Assembly (NCBI RefSeq): GCF_001194135.2
Contig: NC_068981.1
Span: 14,534,877 to 14,598,124 of the forward strand
Direction: 5' to 3'
Length of the DNA stretch: 63,248 bases
Source: Octopus bimaculoides
Taxonomy: Eukaryota
Positions 25,361 to 36,892 of the stretch are shown here, one piece after another; position 1 is the first letter of the stretch, and each line of letters opens with the position of its first letter. The notes under the pieces are model-generated. The model saw only the letters and a list, made by a program, of their open reading frames with translations, did no database searches and had not been told where the DNA came from. The position numbers were made by a program, and so were the translations under genes.

Positions 25361-25577
25361 GAATGCCGGACAGAAGGGTCACACAGGAGAGCTAAGAAGA
25401 AGCGAAGATAACCTGTAGTAGTGATCCCAAAACCAAGGTGCGCGTGTGTAAGGGAGAACGTAAGTGCGTGTGAAAAGGGGCCGGTGATCTTGACGTGTGC
25501 GTGTGTGTGCAGGGGTGAAGAGAAGTAGGAGTCTGAGCAAGAGAGGAGAGGTGGGAGGTAGGAAGTATGAGGGAGAA

Positions 25578-25630
25578 GGGAGAGGCAAGGTGGAGAGGCA
25601 AGGTGGAGAGGCAAGGTGGAGAGGCAAGGG
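25578..25630. repeat. 13-bp minisatellite GAGGCAAGGTGGA, about 4 copies
   Basis: Directly visible tandem units. Confidence 0.9.
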
Positions 25631-25770
25631 GAGGTTAGAACATATAGTGAAGGCACATGGCTTAGTGNNNNNNNNNNNNNNNNNNNNNNNNNNNNNNNNN
25701 NNNNNNNNNNNNNNNNNNNNNNNNNNNNNNNNNNNNNNNNNNNNNNNNNNNNNNNNNNNNNNNNNNNATA

Positions 25771-25806
<36 letters not shown>

Positions 25807-26073
25807 TATACACGTTCATATACACACATGTGTACGTGCACATATATACATATCTATATTTACGCATGTATGCATATATGTATGTATATCTTAATATACA
25901 TACATACATTCACATGCAGCTGCAAACACACACACGCACTCACGCACATATAATGAAAGTTTGCACAGTTATCAATTCATAATAATATGTGGTACTATAT
26001 TGAGGCAAATTTCCGTTGAGACGAATATAATCATCTTATATATTTAAACTCACGCAATTATTAATGTTTATGC

Positions 26074-27059
26074 NNNNNNNNNNNNNNNNNNNNNNNNNNN
26101 NNNNNNNNNNNNNNNNNNNNNNNNNNNNNNNNNNNNNNNNNNNNNNNNNNNNNNNNNNNNNNNNNNNNNNNNNNNNNNNNNNNNNNNNNNNNNNNNNNNN
26201 NNNNNNNNNNNNNNNNNNNNNNNNNNNNNNNNNNNNNNNNNNNNNNNNNNNNNNNNNNNNNNNNNNNNNNNNNNNNNNNNNNNNNNNNNNNNNNNNNNNN
26301 NNNNNNNNNNNNNNNNNNNNNNNNNNNNNNNNNNNNNNNNNNNNNNNNNNNNNNNNNNNNNNNNNNNNNNNNNNNNNNNNNNNNNNNNNNNNNNNNNNNN
26401 NNNNNNNNNNNNNNNNNNNNNNNNNNNNNNNNNNNNNNNNNNNNNNNNNNNNNNNNNNNNNNNNNNNNNNNNNNNNNNNNNNNNNNNNNNNNNNNNNNNN
26501 NNNNNNNNNNNNNNNNNNNNNNNNNNNNNNNNNNNNNNNNNNNNNNNNNNNNNNNNNNNNNNNNNNNNNNNNNNNNNNNNNNNNNNNNNNNNNNNNNNNN
26601 NNNNNNNNNNNNNNNNNNNNNNNNNNNNNNNNNNNNNNNNNNNNNNNNNNNNNNNNNNNNNNNNNNNNNNNNNNNNNNNNNNNNNNNNNNNNNNNNNNNN
26701 NNNNNNNNNNNNNNNNNNNNNNNNNNNNNNNNNNNNNNNNNNNNNNNNNNNNNNNNNNNNNNNNNNNNNNNNNNNNNNNNNNNNNNNNNNNNNNNNNNNN
26801 NNNNNNNNNNNNNNNNNNNNNNNNNNNNNNNNNNNNNNNNNNNNNNNNNNNNNNNNNNNNNNNNNNNNNNNNNNNNNNNNNNNNNNNNNNNNNNNNNNNN
26901 NNNNNNNNNNNNNNNNNNNNNNNNNNNNNNNNNNNNNNNNNNNNNNNNNNNNNNNNNNNNNNNNNNNNNNNNNNNNNNNNNNNNNNNNNNNNNNNNNNNN
27001 NNNNNNNNNNNNNNNNNNNNNNNNNNNNNNNNNNNNNNNNNNNNNNNNNNNNNNNNNNN
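26074..27059. other. Assembly gap (N run); a second large gap lies at 33663-34597 and many smaller gaps occur
   Basis: N characters. Confidence 1.
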
Positions 27060-27110
27060 CCGAAACCATGTGGTTGGTAAGCAAGCTACTTACCACATAC
27101 CCACTCCTAC
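27060..27110 (-). mobile_element. SINE family 3 tRNA-like head fragment (another at 35598-35640)
   Basis: CCATGTGGTTGGTAAGCAAGCTACTTACCAC matches the head of 62622-63053. Confidence 0.8.
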
Positions 27111-27112
27111 GC

Positions 27113-27145
<33 letters not shown>

Positions 27146-27280
27146 GACAGTGAGAAAGAGAAACGCAGATAAGTAGTTAGAATGTTAGATACACACCTCC
27201 ATGTAACATATCTATATGTGTATACTGCATATACATATATACAATCATACAGGTGTGTGTGTGTGGGTGCACGTGCAGAA

Positions 27281-27343
<63 letters not shown>

Positions 27344-28269
27344 TATGCATTTTCAGGGAAAGATAGATAGATAGAGAAATAGAGATGTAGTTAGTTAGAG
27401 GGAGGGAGAGAGAGAAAAAAACAGGGAAAGGAAAGGTAACTGTTTTGAGTTCATATAGAATTGTCATTTATACGAAGAGATCCGATCATCATCGTAGGAA
27501 GTTTCGCGATCATTAGCCTCTGTATTACAATAATCACAATCCAGAATATCATTAGCATACCCATTAATCCCAACATGCATACCCATTAATCCCAACAGTA
27601 AATAAGACGGTAATAACTGTAATATTTGAATAGTTTGGATATAGTTGATTTGCTTAGTTAGTAAAGCAAATATCAATTGTGAAAATATCGATATTTTTAG
27701 TGCAATATGTGATTTGATAATTCAAAATAGCGGGACTACAAAGGATTAATGACATACGTTAAACCCTAGCGAATACATTATATTACAATATTCGTTCCAT
27801 ACGAAAGAAAAAAAACGAAGCTTTTCCCTGCATACCAATGAATGGTTATATGTCACATATATTTAGATAGCATATATTGTGGGCAGAAATGGTGTACCAT
27901 GTATTTCGTATGAGAGTAAATCTTTGAACTTTTTTTTATGCATGTTAACAAGACTTTTTTGAAGTTTTAGTAAATGTCACTGCATTGTTTTGTTTATTTT
28001 TGGATGATAAAGTTTATTTCAGTTTATTGCGAGTCTTATACAGTATACTGAGTGCATCATCGCTACGTAATAAGACAAGAAATTATATGAACTTTATAAA
28101 GATTTCCCATAAAAAAATATGTATGTCTATCTATCTATCTATCTATTTATCACCATACCTACTTATTTACCTATCAATCTATCACTCTATCTGTCTATTT
28201 ATTCGGTGCGAATGGTTGTTTATACGGCCGTTTTTACAATCTTGTAACTAATAATAATAATGGTATTTT

Positions 28270-28430
28270 TGTATAAGCTTAAACCTTATGCTGATCACCG
28301 TGCAATGATAAGGGAAAATAGTCTAATAAAGGGGCATATAAGCCCTCGACAGAAAACAGAAGGCTTTCTTATTAGCATGAGAGTCGAACCCACATCTCTT
28401 TGTTAACGCGATTAAGTGTGTAAAGGTAAC
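28270..28430 (-). mobile_element. SINE family 4 copy (tRNA-like B box plus GGGCTTATATGC body)
   Basis: Reverse complement matches 33185-33280 and 33440-33520; B-box-like GGTTCGACTC. Confidence 0.6.
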
Positions 28431-28559
28431 ACACGAAGGGATCATGCACGATGGTCGCCATAAACTTTAAGCTTATATAAAGAAATACCACTATCTATTT
28501 ATCTATCTAGACATCCATCCATTTATCTATCTATCTATCTAGCTATAGTTCAAATTTAC

Positions 28560-28655
28560 AGAAAACAAAAGACGAAGACAGGTGAAGGAATACCAAGCAG
28601 GTGTATCGGGTTAACTCTCAGAAATAATAGAAAAGTCTTTGACGTTTCGAGCCTA
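28560..28655 (-). mobile_element. Family A element copy 5, truncated within the hammerhead stem II
   Basis: AAAAGTCTTTGACGTTTCGAGCC and AAGACGAAGACAGG match the other copies. Confidence 0.65.
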
Positions 28656-28718
28656 ATTCTATATCTGTCTGTCTGTCTGCATGAGGATAATATACATACA
28701 TACATACATACATACATA

Positions 28719-28762
<44 letters not shown>

Positions 28763-28844
28763 CATACATACTCTGAAATATTGAGAAATGTACAGCTACT
28801 CTATCCTGATTACAAGTTTTATAACTGTAATTAATGGAGTACTG

Positions 28845-28995
28845 GGATACGTAACATTCTGCCTAAATACAAATCTTGAGAAATTAGGCTCTCCAAATCA
28901 GAAAAAGAGGAAGCTGATAGAATAATACAAATCAAAGCCATCACTGGAACTCTAAAAATCTGTAAAACTTTCAGAAACTTGTTCATTTAATTATA
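28845..28995 (+). mobile_element. RLE-type LINE C-terminal fragment
   Basis: Peptide RIIQIKAITGTLKICKTFRNLFI-stop. Confidence 0.4.
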
Positions 28996-29454
28996 TACGA
29001 ACATTCTAGGCATGCAACAATATGCATAAGGATACATACACACATACATACACACATACATACACATACATATACCTATATATAGAGAGAAAGAAAGTGA
29101 GTGAGTAGGAGGGAGAGGGGAGAGATTGAGATGTCAAACATAGGCATAGCCATAGTACACACAGGCACACAGCTAGATCGATACATGGCGGAATGGTGAT
29201 CTGTGTGTCGATATATGAAAAGGGGAAACTGGGAAAATACTTATAGAATGATTATTTCCATGATGCTAATATTATAGATATGAATTTGGCCTAGGTCCCT
29301 AACTATTGATTGATTTTTGAGGAAGGTAAAAATATGGGCATTATCTAGAATTCTAGCAAAGTGATTCGTAGCCTTTCTGACCTTAGCGTATAAAACACTT
29401 TTCATAATGAAATAGTAAAAACAACGCATACGTATACACACACACACGCACGCA

Positions 29455-29496
<42 letters not shown>

Positions 29497-30145
29497 CACA
29501 CACGCACACACACGCACACACATACATATAAATAAAGAGAAATAGAGAGAGAGGAATACAGAAAATGAAAGAGAGAGGAAAAGAGAGACACGGAGAGAAA
29601 GAAAGAGAGAGAGGGGATAGGGAGAGGGAGAGGGAGAGAGAACGAGATGAAAACTTGGCCGATAGTAGCAAAAAGGTATTTGATACCATGAAAGATGAAG
29701 AATGAAATCTGTTGGACACTATTCTTAAAAATAGAAAATCGTCAAAGAAAGGAAAATTCATGGGAAGAAAAGAGGAGGGAAAACAAGAAATACATAGAAG
29801 AATAATGTCAATAAAAGGAAAGATTTAAAATGCTATGTATGCTTCAAGACAGTTCTCCGAAGACCGAGGTAATAATCCATAGGCTTTAATCGTACCAAAA
29901 CAGAGGAACATTGATTGCAGTAAGGACGATCATTTTCAGTAACGAATTCCTCTCATCTAGAAAGTCTGTTTATTTAGACTCATTATTGTTAACAGCGTTT
30001 ACTATGTTAGTAGTTCATAAACTCGCTTATAAACAAGGTGAGATTATCAATATACAAGTAAAGAAATTTTCATAATTTATGTGCTTAGATTATGTTTCTA
30101 ATTCGTATATCAGTATTGTTATGTTTACCTGTACTTTTGGTGCAG

Positions 30146-30182
30146 GTCGGAAGGGTGACAATTATTGTAAAATAAATATTTG
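30146..30182 (+). CDS. Candidate 37-nt exon
   Basis: TACTTTTGGTGCAG acceptor and TG|GTAAGT donor; one open frame GRKGDNYCKINI. Confidence 0.2.
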
Positions 30183-30489
30183 GTAAGTTTGTTTTAAGTG
30201 AAGCTGCAAGATTTACCTATGAATAATTTGAAACGATTAAGTAATGTTGGCAGCTTTTCAAGTATATCTCTAATACCGTTGTAGCAATGCAATTAAATAT
30301 TTATCAAGAATTACAGGAAGCAACGTGATTTTAAATGAGCTTATCAGTCTTTTCCAACACTATAAGGTAATTTGCTGAAAGGCCTGACCTTACCTGTTTG
30401 TAAATTCACAAACAACATTGTGCACAACGTACATACAACAACGTCATAAGCTTTTATATGTGTTCGGTAAATATATATGGGTTACACAT

Positions 30490-30880
30490 GTATGTTGGTT
30501 TGCCTGTGACTGCGTCCGATCTTGAAAATATGACAGGTAGATTTCGAAGTATAAATATTTGCTGCAGTACAATGTCGAAGGACTTGTGCTTGATTGTCGC
30601 ATTTGTTGCCGTACTTTTTTGTCTTTTCAATCCACCATTCATTCCTCATATTTGTAGATCCACTTCATATTTCTGACACTATTTCATGTTGAAGTTGGTG
30701 TTGACTTGTAGGATTAGCATGTTTGAATTATACCACAAATATGTATGCCACATTTCTGGCTGCAACACGAAAATTGAGCTGGTGACCAACTTCAGTTGTT
30801 CGAAGACCTTCCGTGAAACACGGTGACAATCTCATGAATCATGTTTTGGAACCGTCATGAGGCAGTGGTGGAAACCAAGA
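30490..30880 (-). mobile_element. RTE-clade LINE fragment (endonuclease-RT linker)
   Basis: Peptide KHANPTSQHQLQHEIVSEI...NMRNEWWIEKTKKY resembles the RTE/BovB linker. Confidence 0.5.
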
Positions 30881-31204
30881 GCGGCTGTCTGTGGAAACTT
30901 ATGTTCCAGTAATAATCTAGTTGATATGCTTTGAGTTTTTAAAATACATTAATTTTGGGATGGGATATTCTCTTTATTTTTTCTTTTAAGCGAACTGTCA
31001 AATTTAGCCTCGAAAACACACACTATATATATAATATGTGTATGATTTGCGTTTGTGTGGGTTCACGCGTGTTTTGATCAGAAGGTTTGTTAATAACAGT
31101 CTGTGGGCGTACCTGATTTAACAGGAAAAGCACTTGCCTCAGTTTATTAAGAATAACCCGAATCGTTCGTCGAAAGCTACCACAAATAGATAGATAACAG
31201 CTCA

Positions 31205-31372
31205 ACTTGGCAATTCAAACATGCTAATCCTACAAGTCAACACCGACTTCAACAAGAAATAATGTCAGATATATTATGTGAATCTACAAATATAAGGAAT
31301 GAATGATGGATTGAAAAGCCAATAAAGTACGGTAGCAAATGTGACAACCAAGCACGAGTCCTTCGACTTTCT
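31205..31372 (+). mobile_element. Inverted second copy of the same RTE fragment
   Basis: About 165 bp, roughly 85% identical by eye to the reverse complement of 30562-30730. Confidence 0.7.
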
Positions 31373-31952
31373 ACGGTATGTCTTTTCGTGCTAAAAACAT
31401 GATTATTAGCAATTATATATGCCATCTATTTTCTTGAATTTAACTTTATGAGATAATTTTATATGAAGAAATATTTACTGGCGCACTGAGAATATGCTGC
31501 CCAGTCTTACGCATATGTTCTGATGATATATAATGGTGTCTTGGTCACTAAATTTGAAATTTGTTTAATCTCGTTATTTAGTGATAAAAAAAGTTCTGCA
31601 AAAGAAGCAAAAGAGAACTGGGAATGTTTTGTTCTTCGAGTGCCTGAATAAACACACATACCAAAATATTTGACTGAAAGCAAGATAATCGAATTATACT
31701 TAATATCGTGAATCTTATACTTTATCACAGGATGATCTAAACTTGTTTAAGTAGTTGTATCCTTCGTAAGCTCTAATGCAAAGAACATTAGGATTAATGG
31801 GGATTTACAAATGCCTAGTAGTTTAACATGAAAACTCATTAAAGCAGATATCAACAAATGTGAAATTATCTTCAAAGAGAAGTCTTGCAACAGTTAATGC
31901 ATTGGTTGAGTCAAATGCTAAATACATTCCTTTTCATGTTTTAACATCTCTT

Positions 31953-32050
31953 AAGGTGGTGAGATAAGAGAATCGTCGAGTAAAATGCTTAGCGGCATTT
32001 GGTCTATCTTAAAGTTCCAAGTTCAAATTTCGCTGGTATTTACTTTCTAG
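31953..32050 (+). mobile_element. SINE family 1 5' fragment
   Basis: AAGGTGGTGAG...AAATGCTTAGCGGCATTTGGTC...AAGTTCAAATTTCGC. Confidence 0.65.
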
Positions 32051-33179
32051 CATTTCCAGAATTTGAAACCTATATTTTAACATGTTAAACAGTTGTTAAT
32101 CTTTAGATAAGCATATTTATTGTGCCTTGAGCAAACTGATTGACACCAAACTGAGCGTAAGAGGCATGGGAAATAGTGTAGAACAAGAAAGAATGATCTT
32201 AAGAAGTGGTATATCAATAGACAGCGAGCAAATTCTATTTCCGGTTACAAACCAATAATACTCAACGAAGAAATAGTTATATAAGCTGCGATAATTAACT
32301 ACATTTTATGTTTGAACATCTAAGGATCTAAGCAACTGAGTTTCTTAAAGACGTTTGCATCCGCTGTTAAATATCAAAGTTTTTTAGATATGTATAATAT
32401 GAATGAGTTGACATAAAAATTACCAAATATCTATTAACATTGTAGTATCTAACATGCTCAGCTTGTTGCTACAAATTTCATTAATGCACAGTTCTATGAC
32501 CTTAAGTGACAACTTCTTTTTCAGTCTCGATGGCTTTGTGGAGCCCCCTCACCCGAACCGCTTAGAAATACTGTTTCTTGAACGTACTTTCTTTTCATTC
32601 TTGTACATATCTTTTCCAAATACGTTTCAACTTCTTTACTCATTCCACGAAACGCATCAACATTATGACATTAAACACCATTTTTATTGGCATCTCGACT
32701 TGTTTCTTATGTCACATTTTTTCTTCTTGTAAGGCAAGGGATGTACATAGTCAGGTATGACTATTTCTCTCTTTCTATTTTCAAAATATGCAGTTTTTGA
32801 CATTAGATTCCATGATCATACCATACTGTATCATGAAGTCCGACCAAAACTATATTTTCTCGTTAACATTTTGTGTCGTCATCTGTTTCATATTCATTTC
32901 TGTTCTTTCATTTCACAAGTACTCATTCACCGCTGATTGCTGCATTTTATATCCTGCGAAAACCTGCCGCAAAACGGTGCACATGTTATTTCGGAAAATG
33001 TAATTGTTCTAAATGAACGACAACTTGAATGTAATTACAATTCATAATTCTTTATAAAATTCACACACACACACACACACGCACACACACAAACACACAC
33101 ACACACACTCACTCACTCACACACATATATATATATATGTATGCATGTATGTATGTGTCTGTGTATGTATGTATATATT

Positions 33180-33560
33180 ATGTTTCTATCGAGGGCTTAT
33201 ATGCCTCATTTTTAGACTATTTTCCTTACTCATTGCACGGTGATTGCTATGAGCTATAAGCTTATAAAATACTATTATCATAATTTGCAGAATTGTTAAA
33301 CACGACACTGCTCAACAAAGCCATTCGCAGTCGAAAAGAATAATGCTAGTCCGCTAGTTTAATTAGTAACCCATTTGCGTAAACATAGGAATGTTAGTTC
33401 GAGTCCCACGGATACGGGGAAATCTACTTTTTTTTCTGTTTTGGGCTTATATGCTCCATTATTAGACTATTTTCTTTAGTAATTGCGCGGTGATCGCTAT
33501 AAGCTTTAAACTGATAAGATACTGTAATTATTATTTCCTGATTTGTAAAACTCGACAATG
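33180..33560 (+). mobile_element. Two tandem SINE family 4 copies (second has a tRNA-like head at about 33345-33415)
   Basis: Body GGGCTTATATGC...TTAGACTATTT...GC.CGGTGAT.GCTAT repeated; B box GTTCGAGTCC. Confidence 0.6.
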
Positions 33561-33610
33561 CTTAGCAAAATCACTCGCAGCGAAAGCAAACACACGCACA
33601 CACACACACA

Positions 33611-33645
<35 letters not shown>

Positions 33646-35959
33646 CCACACATATATATATANNNNNNNNNNNNNNNNNNNNNNNNNNNNNNNNNNNNNN
33701 NNNNNNNNNNNNNNNNNNNNNNNNNNNNNNNNNNNNNNNNNNNNNNNNNNNNNNNNNNNNNNNNNNNNNNNNNNNNNNNNNNNNNNNNNNNNNNNNNNNN
33801 NNNNNNNNNNNNNNNNNNNNNNNNNNNNNNNNNNNNNNNNNNNNNNNNNNNNNNNNNNNNNNNNNNNNNNNNNNNNNNNNNNNNNNNNNNNNNNNNNNNN
33901 NNNNNNNNNNNNNNNNNNNNNNNNNNNNNNNNNNNNNNNNNNNNNNNNNNNNNNNNNNNNNNNNNNNNNNNNNNNNNNNNNNNNNNNNNNNNNNNNNNNN
34001 NNNNNNNNNNNNNNNNNNNNNNNNNNNNNNNNNNNNNNNNNNNNNNNNNNNNNNNNNNNNNNNNNNNNNNNNNNNNNNNNNNNNNNNNNNNNNNNNNNNN
34101 NNNNNNNNNNNNNNNNNNNNNNNNNNNNNNNNNNNNNNNNNNNNNNNNNNNNNNNNNNNNNNNNNNNNNNNNNNNNNNNNNNNNNNNNNNNNNNNNNNNN
34201 NNNNNNNNNNNNNNNNNNNNNNNNNNNNNNNNNNNNNNNNNNNNNNNNNNNNNNNNNNNNNNNNNNNNNNNNNNNNNNNNNNNNNNNNNNNNNNNNNNNN
34301 NNNNNNNNNNNNNNNNNNNNNNNNNNNNNNNNNNNNNNNNNNNNNNNNNNNNNNNNNNNNNNNNNNNNNNNNNNNNNNNNNNNNNNNNNNNNNNNNNNNN
34401 NNNNNNNNNNNNNNNNNNNNNNNNNNNNNNNNNNNNNNNNNNNNNNNNNNNNNNNNNNNNNNNNNNNNNNNNNNNNNNNNNNNNNNNNNNNNNNNNNNNN
34501 NNNNNNNNNNNNNNNNNNNNNNNNNNNNNNNNNNNNNNNNNNNNNNNNNNNNNNNNNNNNNNNNNNNNNNNNNNNNNNNNNNNNNNNNNNNNNNNNNTGT
34601 GTGTGTGTGTGTGTGTGTGTATGTGTGTGTGTGTGTGTGTTTGTGTGTGTATGTGTATGTGTGTGTGTGTATGTATGTATGTATATACATACAAACACAC
34701 ACACTCCAACATACACGTGATTACCAGCAATAAACTGTACATGTTTTCCAAATGAATAAGAATTAATGAAACTGTAGCCTTTCTTCCCCTTTATACATCT
34801 GAAATAACGTTCAAAATATCAAATCAAACACGTCAAGAGATTCCTGAAATGATTTCCATTTGTGATTTATTGTGATTATCGTATTTAAAGTATATCCTCG
34901 TTTAAGAGATGATGAATTAGATTAATGAATATCCACTTACTGACATTTACCGATTAGTCGTTCGTACATAAACATAAAGCATTGTTTTCCAAAATGGCTA
35001 TATCCTTTTTTTCAAAATGGCATCTTTCGTTCGTTGCTTTTTAGATCTTTTCTTTTTCTGAGCTATATTTAATATCTTACTTTTAGGAAAATCACTATTA
35101 ATTATCTTTAAACAATTATTGTGGGGATTCAGGGACAACATGCATTCCATTCCCTACACCCCTTTTTACTACTTGCATCTTTATATTCATGGCATTAATC
35201 TATACGATATCTCTTTGGATGAGAGAATAATAAACGTAAATGACATTGAAGAAAGGGGTTAACATAAATAGCCCCGAAGGCAAGGGCATGTGATATATAT
35301 ATANNNNNNNNNNNNNNNNNNNNNNNNNNNNNNNNNNNNNNNNNNNNNNNNNNNNNNNNNNNNNNNNNNNNNNNNNNNNNNNNNNNNNNNNNNNNNNNNN
35401 NNNNNNNNNNNNNNNNNNNNNNNNNNNNNNNNNNNNNNNNNNNNNNNNNNNNNNNNNNNNNNNNNNNNNNNNNNNNNNNNNNNNNNNNNNNNNNNNNNNN
35501 NNNNNNNNNNNNNNNNNNNNNNNNNNNNNNNNNNNNNNNNNNNNNNNNNNNNNNNNNNNNNNNNNNNNNNNNNNNNNNNNNNNNNNNNNNNNNNNNNCAG
35601 CGGGACTGAACCTAGAACCATGTGTTTGGAAAGCAAACTTCTTCAAAAGGTTCGCATTTTTCCCGTCTTCAAACACTTTGTATGGAATGTCATCAAATGC
35701 AAGTATGTACGTATGTGTTTGTTTGTGTGTGTGTGTGTGTGTGTGCGTGTGTGTATGTGTATGTGTGTGTGTGTGTGTTTGTGTGTGTATGCGTGGCTGC
35801 GAGCGTGTGTGAATGGGTTTACATGTGTTTGAATCTGAAGGACGGAAGTGAAAGTGTCAAAAGTGATAAGACTCGTTTCATATATCCTAAATATTTGAAT
35901 ACAGTAAACATGAAGTGTTGAATACTCAAAAGCCGTATTGAGAAATACTATGAGAGCAG

Positions 35960-36004
<45 letters not shown>

Positions 36005-36016
36005 GGATTTTTGCCG

Positions 36017-36892
36017 GGATCCTTGTGATTTGACGGGCAACACCTGTTTTCTTAACGAAACACTTTCAAACTTGGGACACTGGTAGAATATGTCATACAA
36101 AACCACTTTTTCTCTTAGCCTTCTTAACAAAAAATTATACATCGCAAGTTATTTCATGTTAACGTTGTCGTATTTCTGTAATTTCAACCAACACTGACGT
36201 CTATTCAGCTGAATACAGTTACTGCTGTCGGTGTCAAGTGTGTTATTCATTGTTTAATTATATCAGTATTCCCTAGTAAGGGTTTAGGGTTTTAGGGTTA
36301 GGGTTCGGGTTTTAGGGTTAGGGTTTTAGGGTTAGGTTTGGGGTTAGGGTTAGGGTTAGGGTTATGGTTATGAATTATAGGGTTAGAGGTAAGGTTATGG
36401 CAAAAATAATCATAGCCCTAACCGTAATCCTAAAACTAAACCTAACTCTAAAACCCGAACCCTAACCCTAAAACCCTAAAGCTAAAACCAGTACAAACGC
36501 ACGAACGATATCATAAATAACAGTGACAAATGAAAAATATACCGCTGATAGTTCTTGTTGACAACGGATAATTTTTATTGACAAACAACGGGACTNNNNN
36601 NNNNNTACCGCTGATAGTTCTTGTTGACAACGGATAATTTTTATTGACAAACAACGGGACTAATTTTATTCAAGGGAAAAAATCCCGTAACACCGTTGTT
36701 TATATTCCACGGCGTAATTGTTTTCACCTCAGAAATTACCGAAATACGACAATTTTTTACATGAAATAATTTCGAATACAAATTATGTTATCTGTTCTAT
36801 AACACAAAATATACAAGTATTCGAAGTTTGAAAGTGTTTCGGTACAAAAAGCACTACATAAAAAAATGTTGCCCGTCAAATCACAAAGATTC
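36017..36892. mobile_element. Non-autonomous foldback DNA transposon with 8-bp TSD, Merlin-like
   Basis: TTTTGCCG at 36009-36016 and 36893-36900; termini GGATCCTTGTGATTTGACGGGCAACA and reverse-complement GAATCTTTGTGATTTGACGGGCAACA; about 165 bp of degenerate inverted homology. Confidence 0.8.
36282..36480. repeat. Degenerate telomere-like TTAGGG repeats facing CCCTAA repeats
   Basis: GGGTTAGGGTTAGGGTTAGGG on the left and AACCCTAACCCTAAAACCCTAAA on the right; centre near 36410. Confidence 0.9.

Noticed and set aside
26064-27096. Very long ORFs in the ORF track (also 33490-34755, 35200-35832 and others)
   Set aside because: They consist of N runs and microsatellite translations (YIYI, HTHT, CVCV) and are not genes.
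30458-30676. Signal-peptide-like ORF MSKDLCLIVAFVAVLFCLF
   Set aside because: It is the antisense of the RTE LINE fragment, and the inverted copy lacks the ATG.
36282-36480. Ancestral chromosome telomere-fusion site
   Set aside because: The repeats are short, degenerate and enclosed by terminal inverted repeats and an 8-bp TSD, so a transposon explains them better.
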